From Isurus oxyrinchus (taxonomy: Eukaryota): DNA of 64,000 bases. The notes below the pieces were generated by a model that saw only the letters and a list, made by a program, of their open reading frames with translations, did no database searches and had not been told where the DNA came from. Shown here piece by piece: positions 39,336 through 51,945 of the stretch (its first letter is position 1; each line of letters starts with the position of its first letter). Where the stretch lies: assembly GCA_026770705.1 (NCBI GenBank), contig JANJGN010000025.1, positions 33,356,001-33,420,000 of the forward strand. The letters are read 5' to 3'. A program made the position numbers and the translations under genes.

Positions 39336-40969
39336 TGTTAGAAGTGATGAAATGCCTGTTATTCCTCTACATAAAGCAGATTCCTCAGTAATTTTTATTC
39401 CACACACATTAGAAACCAAGTAACTTTAAACATGACAGATAGCATTCTTTTCTTTGAAACTATAGTAAATGATAAAATAATACAGCTACTTATTAAAGGA
39501 ACAATCTTGCAAACAAGGAGAAGAAAAAGGAGGCAGGATTAGCAACTGACACTGGGGGATATTGGGGCTGGCAAGGCTGGTGTGAAGGTGGGCATTGGCC
39601 TGAATTGCCAGCATTACAAGTTGAACTCAGGGCTGAAGGGCAATGCTTTATGGTGGGCAAAGCCTGTCAATTGGTCTGGTGACATAAGGGTTTTCCCAGA
39701 GCAGAGCAAGGAAGTAAAACAGTGGGATCGGTCAACAGGTCAGGCAGCAAAGGGATTTCCTTAAGCAGGGCTGCAAATGAAAAAAAGTGGTTTGGGCAGT
39801 AGCAATGCTTCTATTATGTATGGCCAGAAAACTTAAGTGAGGATTCATGCCAGGGACTAAGTTTGAGAATGCGATGAGTGCAAATGGGGTTTTCATGGAG
39901 TGAGCTTGGGAATTTTTCTAAAATTACATCTAGAATTGGAGTTAGAATTGGGAGAACAATGGGAGAATTTTGTATAAACTTAAAATAGAATGTAAAACTT
40001 AGGAAACCACAAGCACAAAATGGTCGGCAGATGTGAGCAACTGATCACAGAGTGGAGGGAGCACTGAATAGTTATCTATTAGAAGTAATAGAAAGTACAT
40101 TGGAATAACATCTTTGAAAATGGTTAAATGCTTAAGGCACATTGGGTAAAAAGTGTTATTAAATTCTGACGATAAAAAACATAAGTGAGAAAGAAAAGAG
40201 AGCAAGTGTTTGTGTATTAGTAGTGGGGTACATTGTACAGCATTGCCTCTAGTTAGGGCAGCAATTCTGTGAACAGGCACAGGTGAAAGGATTGGAGTTG
40301 TTTATATGCACAAGCACGCTTATCAGGAAAATGTCAACCAAACCAATTCTGAATCAAATTGGAAACAGATGGACTGTAAGTTATTTCCAGAGAACAGCCA
40401 GGTAAAACTAGCGGAATTGCAAACATCGTGTCCATTGTGGCTCTGTTGTCAGGCTACATATACCATTTGCAGTTAAGTATTGAATGCTGTTGCATGTTCC
40501 TATCGGCAAGGAGTTTCTTCCTCCCGGTTATATTCCCTTTGAAATTAATTTTTGTTAATTAATTATATGATCTACCAATTAGCATCTTGTTTTTTTCTCT
40601 TAAGATTTCTTAATAGCATGTCAGAGTGTCTGTAACTTCTGAAAATAGATTTCCACTAAACCCTTGCTCAGTCTAACCAGAACACCTGCAACATTTTCTC
40701 AAGAGGTGATTTTGTAACATTGTAAAGCATTTAGAAGAGCATCTTATGTGAACAATATGTGAACATACTAATTGCTCCAGCATCAAGAGTCAGAGAATTT
40801 TTTTTAATATGTGTGGAGTTAGTTATATGATTGAAACCCTTTGGTTTATAAAACTCGTAGGCAAAATTCATTGAACATTTGGAATTGGAAATAAAATTAA
40901 AGTTTGAATGGCTTATTTAAAATAAAAACACTGAAATTACTATGGGACAAGTTTAAAAGCTGCATTGAG

Positions 40970-42587
40970 GTAAAGGCAAAACACTGCAGATGCTGGAAAT
41001 CTGAAACAAAAACAAAAAATGCCGGAAAATCTCAGCAGGTCTGACAGCACCTGTGGAGAGAAAGACGGAGTTAACGTTTCAAGTCCATATGACTTTTCTC
41101 CAGATCTGAAGGGAGGTAGAAATGTGGTGAAATATATACTGTTTGGGGGGCGGGGGGGGGGGGGGGGGGGGTGGAATAGGTGAAGCTGGATAGAAGGCCA
41201 GCGACAGATGGAGGCAAAGGAGGGATTGCGAAAGATGTCATAAACAAAAGGTCAAAGCGTTATTAATAGTGGTGGTACTGGCTAAAGGAGGTGCTAATGG
41301 TGACATTAAGAGTGGAAAGCAGAATGTGATAATGGCAGGAGCAGGGTAAGCACTCTGGAAAGTGACAGATGGCCCTAGTAGGGGTGGGGTGGGGGGGGGA
41401 GGGGACAGTGGTGGGAAAAAAAAATCGAAAAGGCTAAAAGCTGGGGATAAAACAACGAATAAAATTGGAAATAAATTTAAATAATAATAATAATGAAAGT
41501 AAGTGGGGGAAAACAAATAAATAAATAATAAAAATATAAAAACAAATATAGAAAAAAGGGGAGGATCAAAAAAGGATGGGGATGGAGGAGACAGTTCACG
41601 GTCTGAAGTTGTTGAACTCAATATTCAGTCTAGAAGGCTGTAAAGTGCCTAATCAGAATAGGAGGTGCTGTTCCTCCAGTTTGTGTTGAGTTTCACTGGA
41701 ACGTTGCAGCAGGCCAAGGACGGACATGTGGGCATGAGAGCAGGGTGGTGTATTGAAATGGCAAGCGACAGGAAGGTATGGGTCAGGACAGACCAAAGGT
41801 GTTCCGCAAAGCGGTCAACCAGTCTGCGTTTGGTGTCCCCAATGTAGAGGAGACTGTATTGGGAGCAGCGACTGCAGCAGACCAAATTGAGGGAAGTGCA
41901 AGTGATGTGCTGCTTCATGTAAAAGGAGCATTTGGGCCCTTGGATGGTGAGGAGGGGGGAAGTAAAGGGGCAGGTGTTGCACCTTCTGCAATTGTATGGA
42001 AAGGTGCCGTGGGAGGGGGTTGAGGTGTTGGGGGTGATGGAGGAATGGAACAGGGTGTCCGGGGGGAACAGTCCCTCCCTTCACTCCCCCCATAGGCATT
42101 CCATAGGGACCATTCCCTCCGGGACACCCTGTTTCATTCCTCCAATACCCCCAACACCTCAACCCCCTCCCACGGCACCTTCCCATGCAATCGCAGAAGG
42201 TGCAACACCTGCCCCTTTACTTCCCCCCACCCCACCCCTACTAGGGCCATCTGTCACTTTCCAGAGCGCTTATCCTGCTCCTGCCATTATCACATTCTGC
42301 TTTCCACTCTTAATGTCATCATTAGCACCTCCTTTAGCCAGTACCACCACTATTAATAATGCTTTGACCTTTTGTTTATGACATCTTTCGCAATCCCTCC
42401 TTTGCCTCCACCTATCGCTGGCCTTCTATCCAGCTTCACCTATTTCACCCACCTTAAACAGTATACATTTTACCACATTTCTACCTCCCTTTAGCTCTGA
42501 AGAAAAGTCATATGGACTCGAAATTCTTGTCTTTATCTCCAGAGATGCTGTCAGACCTACTGAGATTTTCCAGCATTTTGTGTTTTT
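40970..42587. mobile_element. Foldback Penelope-like element of a second subfamily
   Basis: The left arm (minus, about 40970-42070) has a decayed GIY-YIG region (YIGDTKRRLVDRFAEH) and 3' pseudo-LTR. The right arm (plus, about 42075-42587) repeats it with an internal deletion near 42225. gtttaaaagc occurs at 40951-40960 and 42588-42597. Confidence 0.9.
42493..42524 (+). ncRNA. Hammerhead ribozyme remnant
   Basis: CTGAAGA-aaagtc atatg gactc-GAAA with a degraded cleavage side; the inverted partner at about 41069-41107 has CTGGAGA...GAAACGTTAAC. Confidence 0.6.
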
Positions 42588-43602
42588 GTTTAAAAGCCAC
42601 AAACTAGATTAACCAAAGCAATTCATTCTATAAAATGGCACAGGCTGAAATGTATCAGGAAATTGAGAATTACATTCAAATTTGTGACAATCTTATCAAA
42701 AAACATACAGTAACTTAATGTCAAACTGAAAACTGTGTTCCACTAAATAATTTTATAAAAATATTTAGCAATACACTAACAGACACTACAGCGAGTTGTG
42801 CAATGTGCCACATACCTCCACTTTGAATTATTTGCTGTGTTACAGGTGGACTATAGAAGAACAGTTCCCCATAGGAAGGAAACATGGACTACAATTTACC
42901 TCTAATCATTCCCTGCAAAAGTAGCAGCTTAAAAATGGCCCAAGACCTTGAAACAGGGAGTCAACTGAGGCAAGAAGATGAACAGTTCAAGAGAAAGGAA
43001 AGGCAGAGAAGTATTTTCTTCCTATCAAGCTTAATAAAGACCATTTCACGAGGCCTTATGTTGAAATTGAGATGGGAGCTGTACAATATTTTCTGCTTTA
43101 AAAATCAGATCATGGCTCCACTTTCACCACATGATTTGATGAAACATTCCTAACACCAAAGGATATATCTTTCTTGCTTCCACAATCTTGCAAAACCAAC
43201 TCATGATTATCCCCAGCGTACTGTAAATTTATACTGAAGTAAATGGATGCTACACTCAAATGATCATGCCATCTGGCTTCTGTAATTTTTTTTAAAAAGT
43301 GCTGAAATTTTTGTTTTTCAAGTTTGCAAATTCAGAAAAACACAGCATTAAATAAATAGATTACTGTGCAAAACCACTAAAATTGGTCTTAAATTTTGGT
43401 GCAAGAATTATGCAACTTAAACACTACGGTGTAGCACCTTATTAGAAATGCATTATTTACATTCATAGTAAGGACCAATTTTTAAAAAAAAGTTAAATTA
43501 TTACAATTCATGGTTATCAACATGAGTGATTGGGTCTTGTCTGAATTTAGTTACTATAAGCCAGCTAAACCAGATTACCCTTTTCAATAGACATCTTTTA
43601 GA

Positions 43603-45751
43603 CCAGGACTGTCACTGAACTCATCTCCTCTGGGGATCTTCCTCCCACAGCTTCCAACCTGATAGTCGCCCAACCTCAGACGGCCCGCTTCTATCTCCTA
43701 CCCAAAATCCACAAACAGAACTGCCCCGGTAGACCAATCGTCTCAGCTTGCTCCTGCCCCACAGAACTCATTTCTCATTATCTTGACTCCCTTCTCTCTC
43801 CCCTTGTCCAGTCCCTTCCCACCTACATCCGTGATTCCTCTGACACCTTACGTCACATCAACAATTTCCAGTTCCCTGGCCCCAACCGCTTCCTCTTCAC
43901 CATGGACATCCAATCCCTCTACACCTCCATCCCCCACCAGGATGGTCTGAGGGCCCTTAGCTTCTTCCTCGAACAGAGGCCCGAACAATCCCCATCCATC
44001 ACTACTCTCCTCCGTCTGGCTGAACTTGTTCTCACACTGAACAATTTCTCCTTCAACTCCTCTCACTTCCTCCAAATAAAAGGTGTGGCTACGGGTACCC
44101 ACATGGGCCCCAGCTATGCCTGTCTCTTTATGGGGTATGTGGAACATTCCTTGTTCCAGTCCTAATCCGGCCCCCTCCCACAACTCTTTCTCCGGTACAT
44201 CGATGATTACTTCGGTGCTGCCTCATGCTCTCATCGGGACTTGGAAAAATTTATTAATTTTGCTTCCAATCTCCACCCCTCCATCATTTTCACGTGGTCC
44301 ATCTCTGACACTTCCCTTCCCTTCCTTGACCTCTCTGTCTCAATCTCTGGTGATAGACTGTCCACCAGTATCCATTACAAACCCACCGACTCCCACAGCT
44401 ACCTCACACCCCGCCACCTGTAAGGACTCCATCCCATTCTCTCAGTTCCTTCGCCTCCATCGCATCTGTTCCGATGATGCTACCTTCAAAAACAGTTCCT
44501 CTGACATGTCCTCCTTCTTCCTTAACCGAGGTTTTCCACCCACGGTTGTTGACAGGGCCCTCAACCGTGTCCGGCCCATCTCCCACGCATCCGCCCTCAC
44601 GCCTTCTCCTCCCACCAGGAACATGATAGGGTCCCCCTTGTCCTCACTTATCACCCCACCAGCCTCCGCATTCAAAGGATCATCCTCCGCCATTTCCGCC
44701 AACTCCAGCATGATGCCACCACCAAACACATCTTCCCTTCACCCCCCCTATCGGCATTCCATAGGGATCGCTCCCTCCGGGACACCCTGGTCCACTCCTC
44801 CATCACCCTCTACTCCTCAACCCCCTCCTATGGCACCACCCCATGCCCATGCAAAAGATGCAATACCTGCCCCTTCACTTCCTCTCTCCTCACTGTCCAA
44901 GGGCCCAAACACTCTTTTCAAGTGAAGCAGCATTTCACTTGCATTTACCCCAACTTAGTCTACTGCATTCGTTGCTCCCAATGTGGTCTCCTCTACATTG
45001 GAGAGACCAAACGTAAACTGGGCGACCGCTTTGCAGAACACCTGCGGTCTGTCCGCAAGAATGACCCAAACCTCCCTGTCGCTTGCCATTTTAACACTCC
45101 ACCCTGCTCTCTTGCCCACATGTCTGTCCTTGGCTTGCTGCATTGTTCCAGTGAAGCCCAACGCAAACTGGAGGAACAACACCTCATTTTCTGACTAGGC
45201 ACTTTACAGCCTTCCGGACTGAATATTGAATTCAACAACTTTAGGTCTTGAGTTCCCCTCTCCATCCCCACCCCCTTTCTGTTTCCCCCTTCCTTTTGTT
45301 TTTTTCCAATAAGTTATATAGATTTTTCTTTTCCCACCTATTTCCATTATTTTTAAATATTTTAAATCTTTTATGTTCTCCCAACCCCCACTAGAGCTAT
45401 ACCTTGAGTGTCCTACCATCCATTCTTAATTAGCACATTCGTTTAGATAATATCACCAACTTTAAAACCTATGTGTTCTTTTGTCCTGTTGTTTGTGACA
45501 TCTTTTGATAATCTGCTTCTATCACTGCTTTTGCCTACAACCACACCACCCCCCTCCACTTGTCTGTCTGTCTCTCTCTCTCTCTTCCCCCCCCGCCCAC
45601 CCCCCACCTTAAACCAGCTCATATTTCAATTCTTTCTTGGACTCGAACTCAAGTTCTGACGAAGGGTCATGAGGACTTGAAACATCAACTGTTTTCTTCT
45701 CCGCCGATGCTGCCAGACCTGCTGAGTTTTTCCAGGTAATTCTGTTTATGT
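43603..45751 (+). mobile_element. Penelope-like retroelement, 5'-truncated, same subfamily as 19729-21769
   Basis: Longer RT part (RFYLLPKIHK, GRPIVS, MDIQSLYTSIP, RYIDD) plus GIY-YIG; stops near 44163 and 45192; 14-nt deletion near 44406; 10-bp TSD atcttttaga (43593-43602, 45752-45761). Confidence 0.95.
45652..45690 (+). ncRNA. Minimal type I hammerhead ribozyme with canonical CUGACGA/GAAA core
   Basis: agtt-CTGACGA-agggtc atgag gactt-GAAAC-ATC-aact; the GTC to ATC change is consistent with CpG decay. Confidence 0.78.
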
Positions 45752-45784
45752 ATCTTTTAGATTACAATGACTTCCAACTTCATG

Positions 45785-46141
45785 CCTCAGTGACTGCGCT
45801 CTTGCCTCTCAGAAGATAATGGCTTCAAAGATGGTCAGAGATGCTATCTTTTTAATGAGGCATTAAACTGAAACGCAATCTGCTCTTTAAGGTGGATCTA
45901 CAAGATTTCATGGCACGATTTGAAGAAAACCAGGAGATCCTGCTGCTTTTCTGGAAAATATTTATTCCTCAATCAACATTCCCAAAGCAGATTATCTCAT
46001 CTATATCAATGATGTTTAGTATGATATTGCTGTGGACACATCAGCTACCTCATTTCCTTTAAATTACAGCAGTGACTATACTTCATTGGCTTTGGTTCAT
46101 CTTGAGGTCAGGAAAAACGCTATACAAATTCAAGTTCTTTG
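45785..46141 (+). mobile_element. DeuSINE copy, diverged
   Basis: Homologous to 8381-8835; tail cgctatacaaattcaagttcttt ends about 12 nt from an exon donor. Confidence 0.7.
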
Positions 46142-46153
46142 TGTTTTTCTCAC

Positions 46154-46419
46154 CTGGTCCAATACTAATGAAAGTTCAGCTTTGTCCTTTGGATTTGCTT
46201 TCTCTCTCTCCAACCATAGAATCAATTCAGGCTTTTTATATGGCTTCAAAGCCAAAAGGTGGATGACACGATCTTTAAGAGGCCTTTGGGTAACTGTACT
46301 GGCATGGTTTTTCTTCACCCCAAAGCATGGATTCATGGTGGGAGAATGTTTTCTAAGTGGAATACCATCAGCAGCTGGGCTTGCAGCTTGTTTTCGAATA
46401 TGGACTGGCTTTCGTACAC
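46154..46419 (-). CDS. ELL3: ELL-family exon 5: GVRKPVHIRKQAAS...QRPLKDRVIHLLALKPYKKPELILWLEREKANPKDKAELSLVLDQ
   Basis: cttcctag|GT...CAG|gtgag; 266 nt, phase 1 to 0; conserved RP..DRVIHLLALKPYKKPEL; lies within ORF 46130..46561. Confidence 0.96.
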
Positions 46420-46927
46420 CTAGGAAGCAAAGCTGGATTTTAAATGCTGATAAACATGCTGGATAACCAAAAAAAATTAATAATGCCTTCTTTATATAAA
46501 GAAAAGATTCCAATGGGCTGTGATGAATCAGTAGGCTACTGAATGGACTTATGTACCACAAATACGATATAAGATTGACTGCATATACTTATGTAGAAGT
46601 CGAAATTTTGGGACCAATATTTTAGATCAAAAGTCAAAGGGTCGACTTTTACACAGGTAATATTTTCGAGGGATTGACATGAGTGCTTGGTTTGGGCCAT
46701 AAGGTGATCATTAGAGGCTAGGAAGCTGAGGTATTGCCAAATTAATTTAAATAGTTCTTAAACCCATTATAAAAGGGAGCTGACATCTGTTAAATAAACC
46801 TTTCAAATCCTGATCCTCTGCTCAATATTCTTAATTATATTCTGCTGCAAAAATAACACCAGTCTGTAATTATGTTTCTACTGCATTTTATAAAAATATC
46901 CTACCTTTGCTACAGTTTTTGAGTGAT

Positions 46928-47315
46928 TTTTTTTCATTCATTCAAGGAATGGGGCATCACTGGCTAGGCCAGCATTTATTGCCCATCTCTAATTGCCCTT
47001 GAGAACTGAGTGGCTTGCCAGGCCATTTCAGAGGGCATTTAAGAGTCAATCATATTGCTGCGGGTCTGGAGTCACATGTTGGCCAGACCAGGTAAGGGGT
47101 GGTAGATTTCTTTCCCTAAAGGATATTAGTGAACCAGATAGGTTTTTACGACAATCGGCAATGGTTTCATGGTCATCATTAGGCTTTTTCTTAAAAATTG
47201 GATTCAAATTTCACCATCTGCTGTGGCAGGATTTGAACCCAGGTCCCCAGAGCATTACCCTGGCTCTCTGGATTATTATTCCAATGACAATACCACCACA
47301 TTACTGCCTCCCCCT
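46928..47315 (-). mobile_element. tRNA-derived SINE with a LINE-shared tail, full length
   Basis: Same family as 4438-4750; B-box gggttcaaatcc on the minus strand. Confidence 0.85.
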
Positions 47316-48771
47316 TAAGTTCTTGCACAATGTAAAGCTCCAGGTAATATTCTCTCCCTTCTTAAAAAGAAAATAAATCCGCATTTATAATCTCAGCTGC
47401 TAACTCATCGTTATAATTGTCTCTTTATAACTTTTATGACAACTAGGACCTATTTTTTGCTATCATTACCCATGTTGCGTAGTATTTGGTCGGTTTCACT
47501 CTTGCCTTTCCAGTTGTAGCCCAAGCATTTAAAGCAATGGCTTCTTTCTTCCCAATCCCACATAACCCTTTAGTTGTGAGATTTCTGATCCCCTAAAAAC
47601 TAGAAGAGTGAAAACCTACGGCTTTTAAGGCCGAAAGTCATGAGAATGACTTTTACATGAGAATAACTTTTATATGAGTATATATGCTGATTCAAAGGTG
47701 CAAGTTAAGGTATGGCTTGTTTTTGTAATCACACAAAGGCAGGAAGTATTTAAGGAGTTCAAAATATTGTTTTCATATTTAGAGCAGAAGCATGCCATCT
47801 GTTGTAAACAACAAAATTATTTCAAGTTGTTACTTAGAATGGAATGCACAGTTTAATGACTTACATTTCAAAACTTAATTGTTTCTAAATATTTGAATTT
47901 GAATGCAGTACAATAGCAGTTTTCTAAGTCATACATTCTTACAATTCTTCAAATTCTCTCCGGTTAGTTCTCTGGAAAAAGATGCAAGTTAAAAAGAGGA
48001 ATATGTGTATACATAGATTTATGCAGCAACACCATACTCCTGGTCAGAATTATCTATTATAAATTATGGGTTTAAACATAACCAGTTGTTAGATACTTTG
48101 GAAACATGTCATGTATGATATAGTTTATGGGAAAATTAAATCCAGCAGCTAAATCCTCATTTAATCTACGATTATGTCTGTTGCTTTAATTTGTGTAGCA
48201 ACTATTCAGTAAACTAACTGGTGAGCACTCCTAAGGCATGCAGCATTTGCCATTCAATAGAAAGTAGAACAATTACTTTATCATAATTGCATTATGTAAG
48301 TTGTATACAGGTTATTAAGAGACCATTTTGCCACAGCTATATACATCTAGTTACCAGAATGAAGCTGCACAAGCATCAATGTGCAGGTTGAGTGAATAAA
48401 ATGTTATCAGTACTTAATTCATTCTGAAATTTTTAGTGGCTAATTTACTTTAAAATATATTGACAATGTTTAATTAGGTGCACATTCAAACATTTCTAAA
48501 AGTACTGCCAGTTAAAATAAATGAAGAAATATTTATCAGTATTTACAACAGATATATGATTTTTGGGGCAAAGATGCTACAGCTGCATTTTTGTAACCAA
48601 GCACAATTTAGTTTTCAACCAACTTGCCATGTTAGAGATTTTGTAACAAACCGTAAGGTATATTTCTGCAGGAAACAAATTATTAGACTGGCTATCTGAT
48701 GGAGTTTGGTACATTTTATTGAATCAAGAATTGAACGTATACAGATTATCATTTTAGTGTGGTATTTATAC

Positions 48772-48935
48772 CTTGATATGACGACCCTGGTTTAATTTCT
48801 ATAGTTGTTCGACTCCATGACTCCTTCTCCACTTGTGACATTCGTTCTCGAGTCATCTGGTAAGAGTCATCAGTGGCACAAACTGTGATTTTATCCTGAA
48901 TACTTCCCAGGCAGTCAAGTTGGTCTCTTTCAAAA
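48772..48935 (-). CDS. ELL3: ELL-family exon 4: [54 protein letters not shown]
   Basis: aaccag|T...CAAG|gtataa; 164 nt, phase 2 to 1; hallmark [21 protein letters not shown]. Confidence 0.96.
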
Positions 48936-49759
48936 CTGGTTTAAACAACAATGCAAAACAAAACCGAGACTAAGCAACATATCCTTCAACAAGTATTCAC
49001 TACAAGTATTCCAAAATATACTATTATTCTATTATACCTTTAATAAAACAAAAAAATCCATACAATGCCAATTTTAAAATAATTTGGACACACAAATACA
49101 AACAAAAGCACACCATCACGAAATAGAAAAATCTCAAAGTGATGGTAATTGTACTTTAATCTGATCTAATATGGGATTATCTATCTTAAGGTGTGGTTGT
49201 TCTTGTCCACATTTAAACAGGCACTTGTGTACATCAACCAAAATGATAACCATTAGTTATTTGCATGAACGGCAGTTTCAAAGTTGCCAGTTTATAGCAT
49301 CTTAAGTGTTCCCTTTATTTCAGGCAGATGCAACTCTGCTTACTTACCTGTAATATTATGAATGAATAACATGAAAAACTCTTTTAAAAAATATATATAT
49401 TGACTAATATATGTATTAACAAAAATAAATCACGAACAATAGTCCCAGCTGCTGAAATTCAGTGCTCTATTTAGCTGCTTGGGTTGTTTAAATAGTTGTT
49501 TGATAAAGGAGTTAGGATTTGTGTATTTTCCCTCCTCTTTGGATGTTGCTGAAATGCTCCATCTGCTAATGACTGTTTCTGAATGATGAGTTCTCCCCTT
49601 GCTCCTCCAAGCTCCTAATAACTGCGTGCAGAGTGTGATTGGCGTTGTGGTCCTTGGTCAGATCTAAGGTACGATAGTATGGAGTTATGTTCAAATAGCA
49701 GTTACAACCACGTGAGGAGGGGTGAAATGACTTCCTTATTCTCCCACTCCAGGTTTAAC

Positions 49760-50663
49760 TGTAACAAGATCTTTTAGAGAATTGAGAAAGAATGTGCTTT
49801 GCCAATTCAGTAAGAGTCTCACTATTTACACTTTGAGGTTGTAAAGAATTAATCAGATAGATTTTCTTAGGTTAAACAAAGGACATGATAAATTTATTGA
49901 AACTATTTCCCAAGCTAAAAACAAACTAGGTGAAATGCAAACACCATTTATACGGTCACACACTTTTGTCTGGGCCCACACATACTAGTGCAGACGGCAG
50001 AGTGTAAGAATAGGCTTATAGGATTTTTTTTAATAGTTCTTGAAAGATAAAAAAAAAGGAGTGAATAGTTAACTCTGTTCCTTGACTAGTCTCGATGCCG
50101 TGGTTCAACATTGTGGCAGTTTTGTTCAGCTGTCCTCCTGGTTGTAGTTGTATGGAGCAGATTTCCATGTTTTTTTTTTAAAAGATCATCTCTGTTTGAG
50201 TCAGTTTTTCTTCTCAAAATGGTCACTTTGCAAACCGGACACAGCACATCCGAGAGGGAGAACTGAGCTTCAATCAGCCTGTGTTCAGTACAGCATTGTC
50301 TTTTCTTTCTCCCCTCTCCTGCTTGGTAAGGCCCTTGAAGTATCTCACTAGTTCTATATTCCTTCTATTAGTTCACGTCTGCTGCAGTTATTGTTTCAGA
50401 ACAGGTAATTGCATTTTGATGTCTCATCTCAGAAATATTTCAAATATTTTAGGGTGGTGTGAATCAACAAGGGATGGGTCTTTCACACTCCTCAGGGGGT
50501 TCAGTGTCTGTCTTCATTCCACTTGGTGGAATGCAAAATTGTGTATATTGCAGCAGTCTGGGCAGTTTTCCTAATGTATGTATAGGGTCCCAGTTTCTTT
50601 TAAAATCCAGCTAGGAAAAGAAAAATTAGAAATTGTATCTTCAAAAAGCACATCCTTGTAACA
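49760..50663 (-). mobile_element. Possible solo LTR
   Basis: tgtaacaag...cttgtaaca termini; minus-strand AATAAA near 49893; no clear TSD. Confidence 0.4.
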
Positions 50664-51810
50664 TAGTGGTTCAGAGGATTGTGGATGCTGACAGGTGGTG
50701 CCAACATTCTTAAAGCATTACCAGTGGGGCAAACACATCCTTTATAAGCGGTGTTGACTGTAGCACAAATATTAAGTGCTCACTTAATGGCATCCATACA
50801 CATGTTAGCGAAATCTCGTCATGTAACACATTTTAAGTTTGAGCCAACATTTGGAAGATCTCTTACCTTAAGCGCTCACACTCTATTCTTAAAGGCAGGA
50901 ATGGATCACTAAAATTAGTGACTAAAGATGGGGCTGCATTCCAAGCCTGACCAACAAATTTGCTCTCTTTAGAAAAAGGCTCAAGTATTAGAGCATGTAT
51001 GAATAATGGTGTCCTCCATGCCACCATGCCATACATGGCTGAACCACCAGGCTTAAAAAGCACACTGTGGTGTGATGGCATCTAATGAATTCAAAACACT
51101 CCCCTTATACAACAATAAAACCTTGACATAAAAGTCTTGAGACTGAAACAATGGGCTGGATTTTAAATTACCTCAAATGGCAAGGAGTTAGGGCAGGGCT
51201 GGTAGAGCACAGGGGACTGAGGTGTCAAGATCCCCTCACATGTTGTGGAGATCTAACTAAAAGTTCTCCTGCCCTACACAGACCCAGCAAACAACAGCTT
51301 CATAACTGCTCAGAAGACCTCATACTTACCTCAAGAACATAATCTGTGAGCTTGGGAGACATCTATACATGGGAAAACACATTTCTCTCTCAACATCTCT
51401 TGTACCAATTCTTGAGGCAATGGAAAATACATGACTGCATTTGCAAAGGGAGATGCTTGAAGGACAGCCCCAAGTCTGTCTGCTGGTTTCACTGGTGTTT
51501 CATAAAACTCTCCAAATTCATTTTAACTTCATGCACAAACAGTGCTCCCCTGAGGAAGTTACATTTCTATTAAGATTTCTGTTAAGTCAGAATAAATTCT
51601 TGAGCCTCAGCTATTCCAATGTTCTACTGGCCAGCTTCCCAGCTCCATAAACTAAAGCACACCTAAAATTCTGACGGCCGTATCTAATGCAAGTCCTGCT
51701 CACCCATTTACCCCATCATCACTCACCTACATTGACTCAACTTCACCAAAAGCTCCCTTTCTCTAAACATCCACCAGCCTGACAACAATCCCCAAACCTC
51801 ATCCCCAGAA

Positions 51811-51945
51811 TTTGTCTGAAGAGAAGTCAAACGGACTCGAAACATTAACTCTGTTTCTCTCTCCACAAATACTGCCAGACCTGAGATTTTTCAGTATTTT
51901 CTGTTTTTATTTCAGATTTCCAGCATCCGCAGTATTTTATTTTGA
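51811..51945 (+). mobile_element. Penelope 3' terminal fragment starting at the hammerhead
   Basis: CTGAAGA-gaagtc aaacg gactc-GAAAC followed by the shared terminal sequence; nested in an L2 remnant. Confidence 0.75.
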
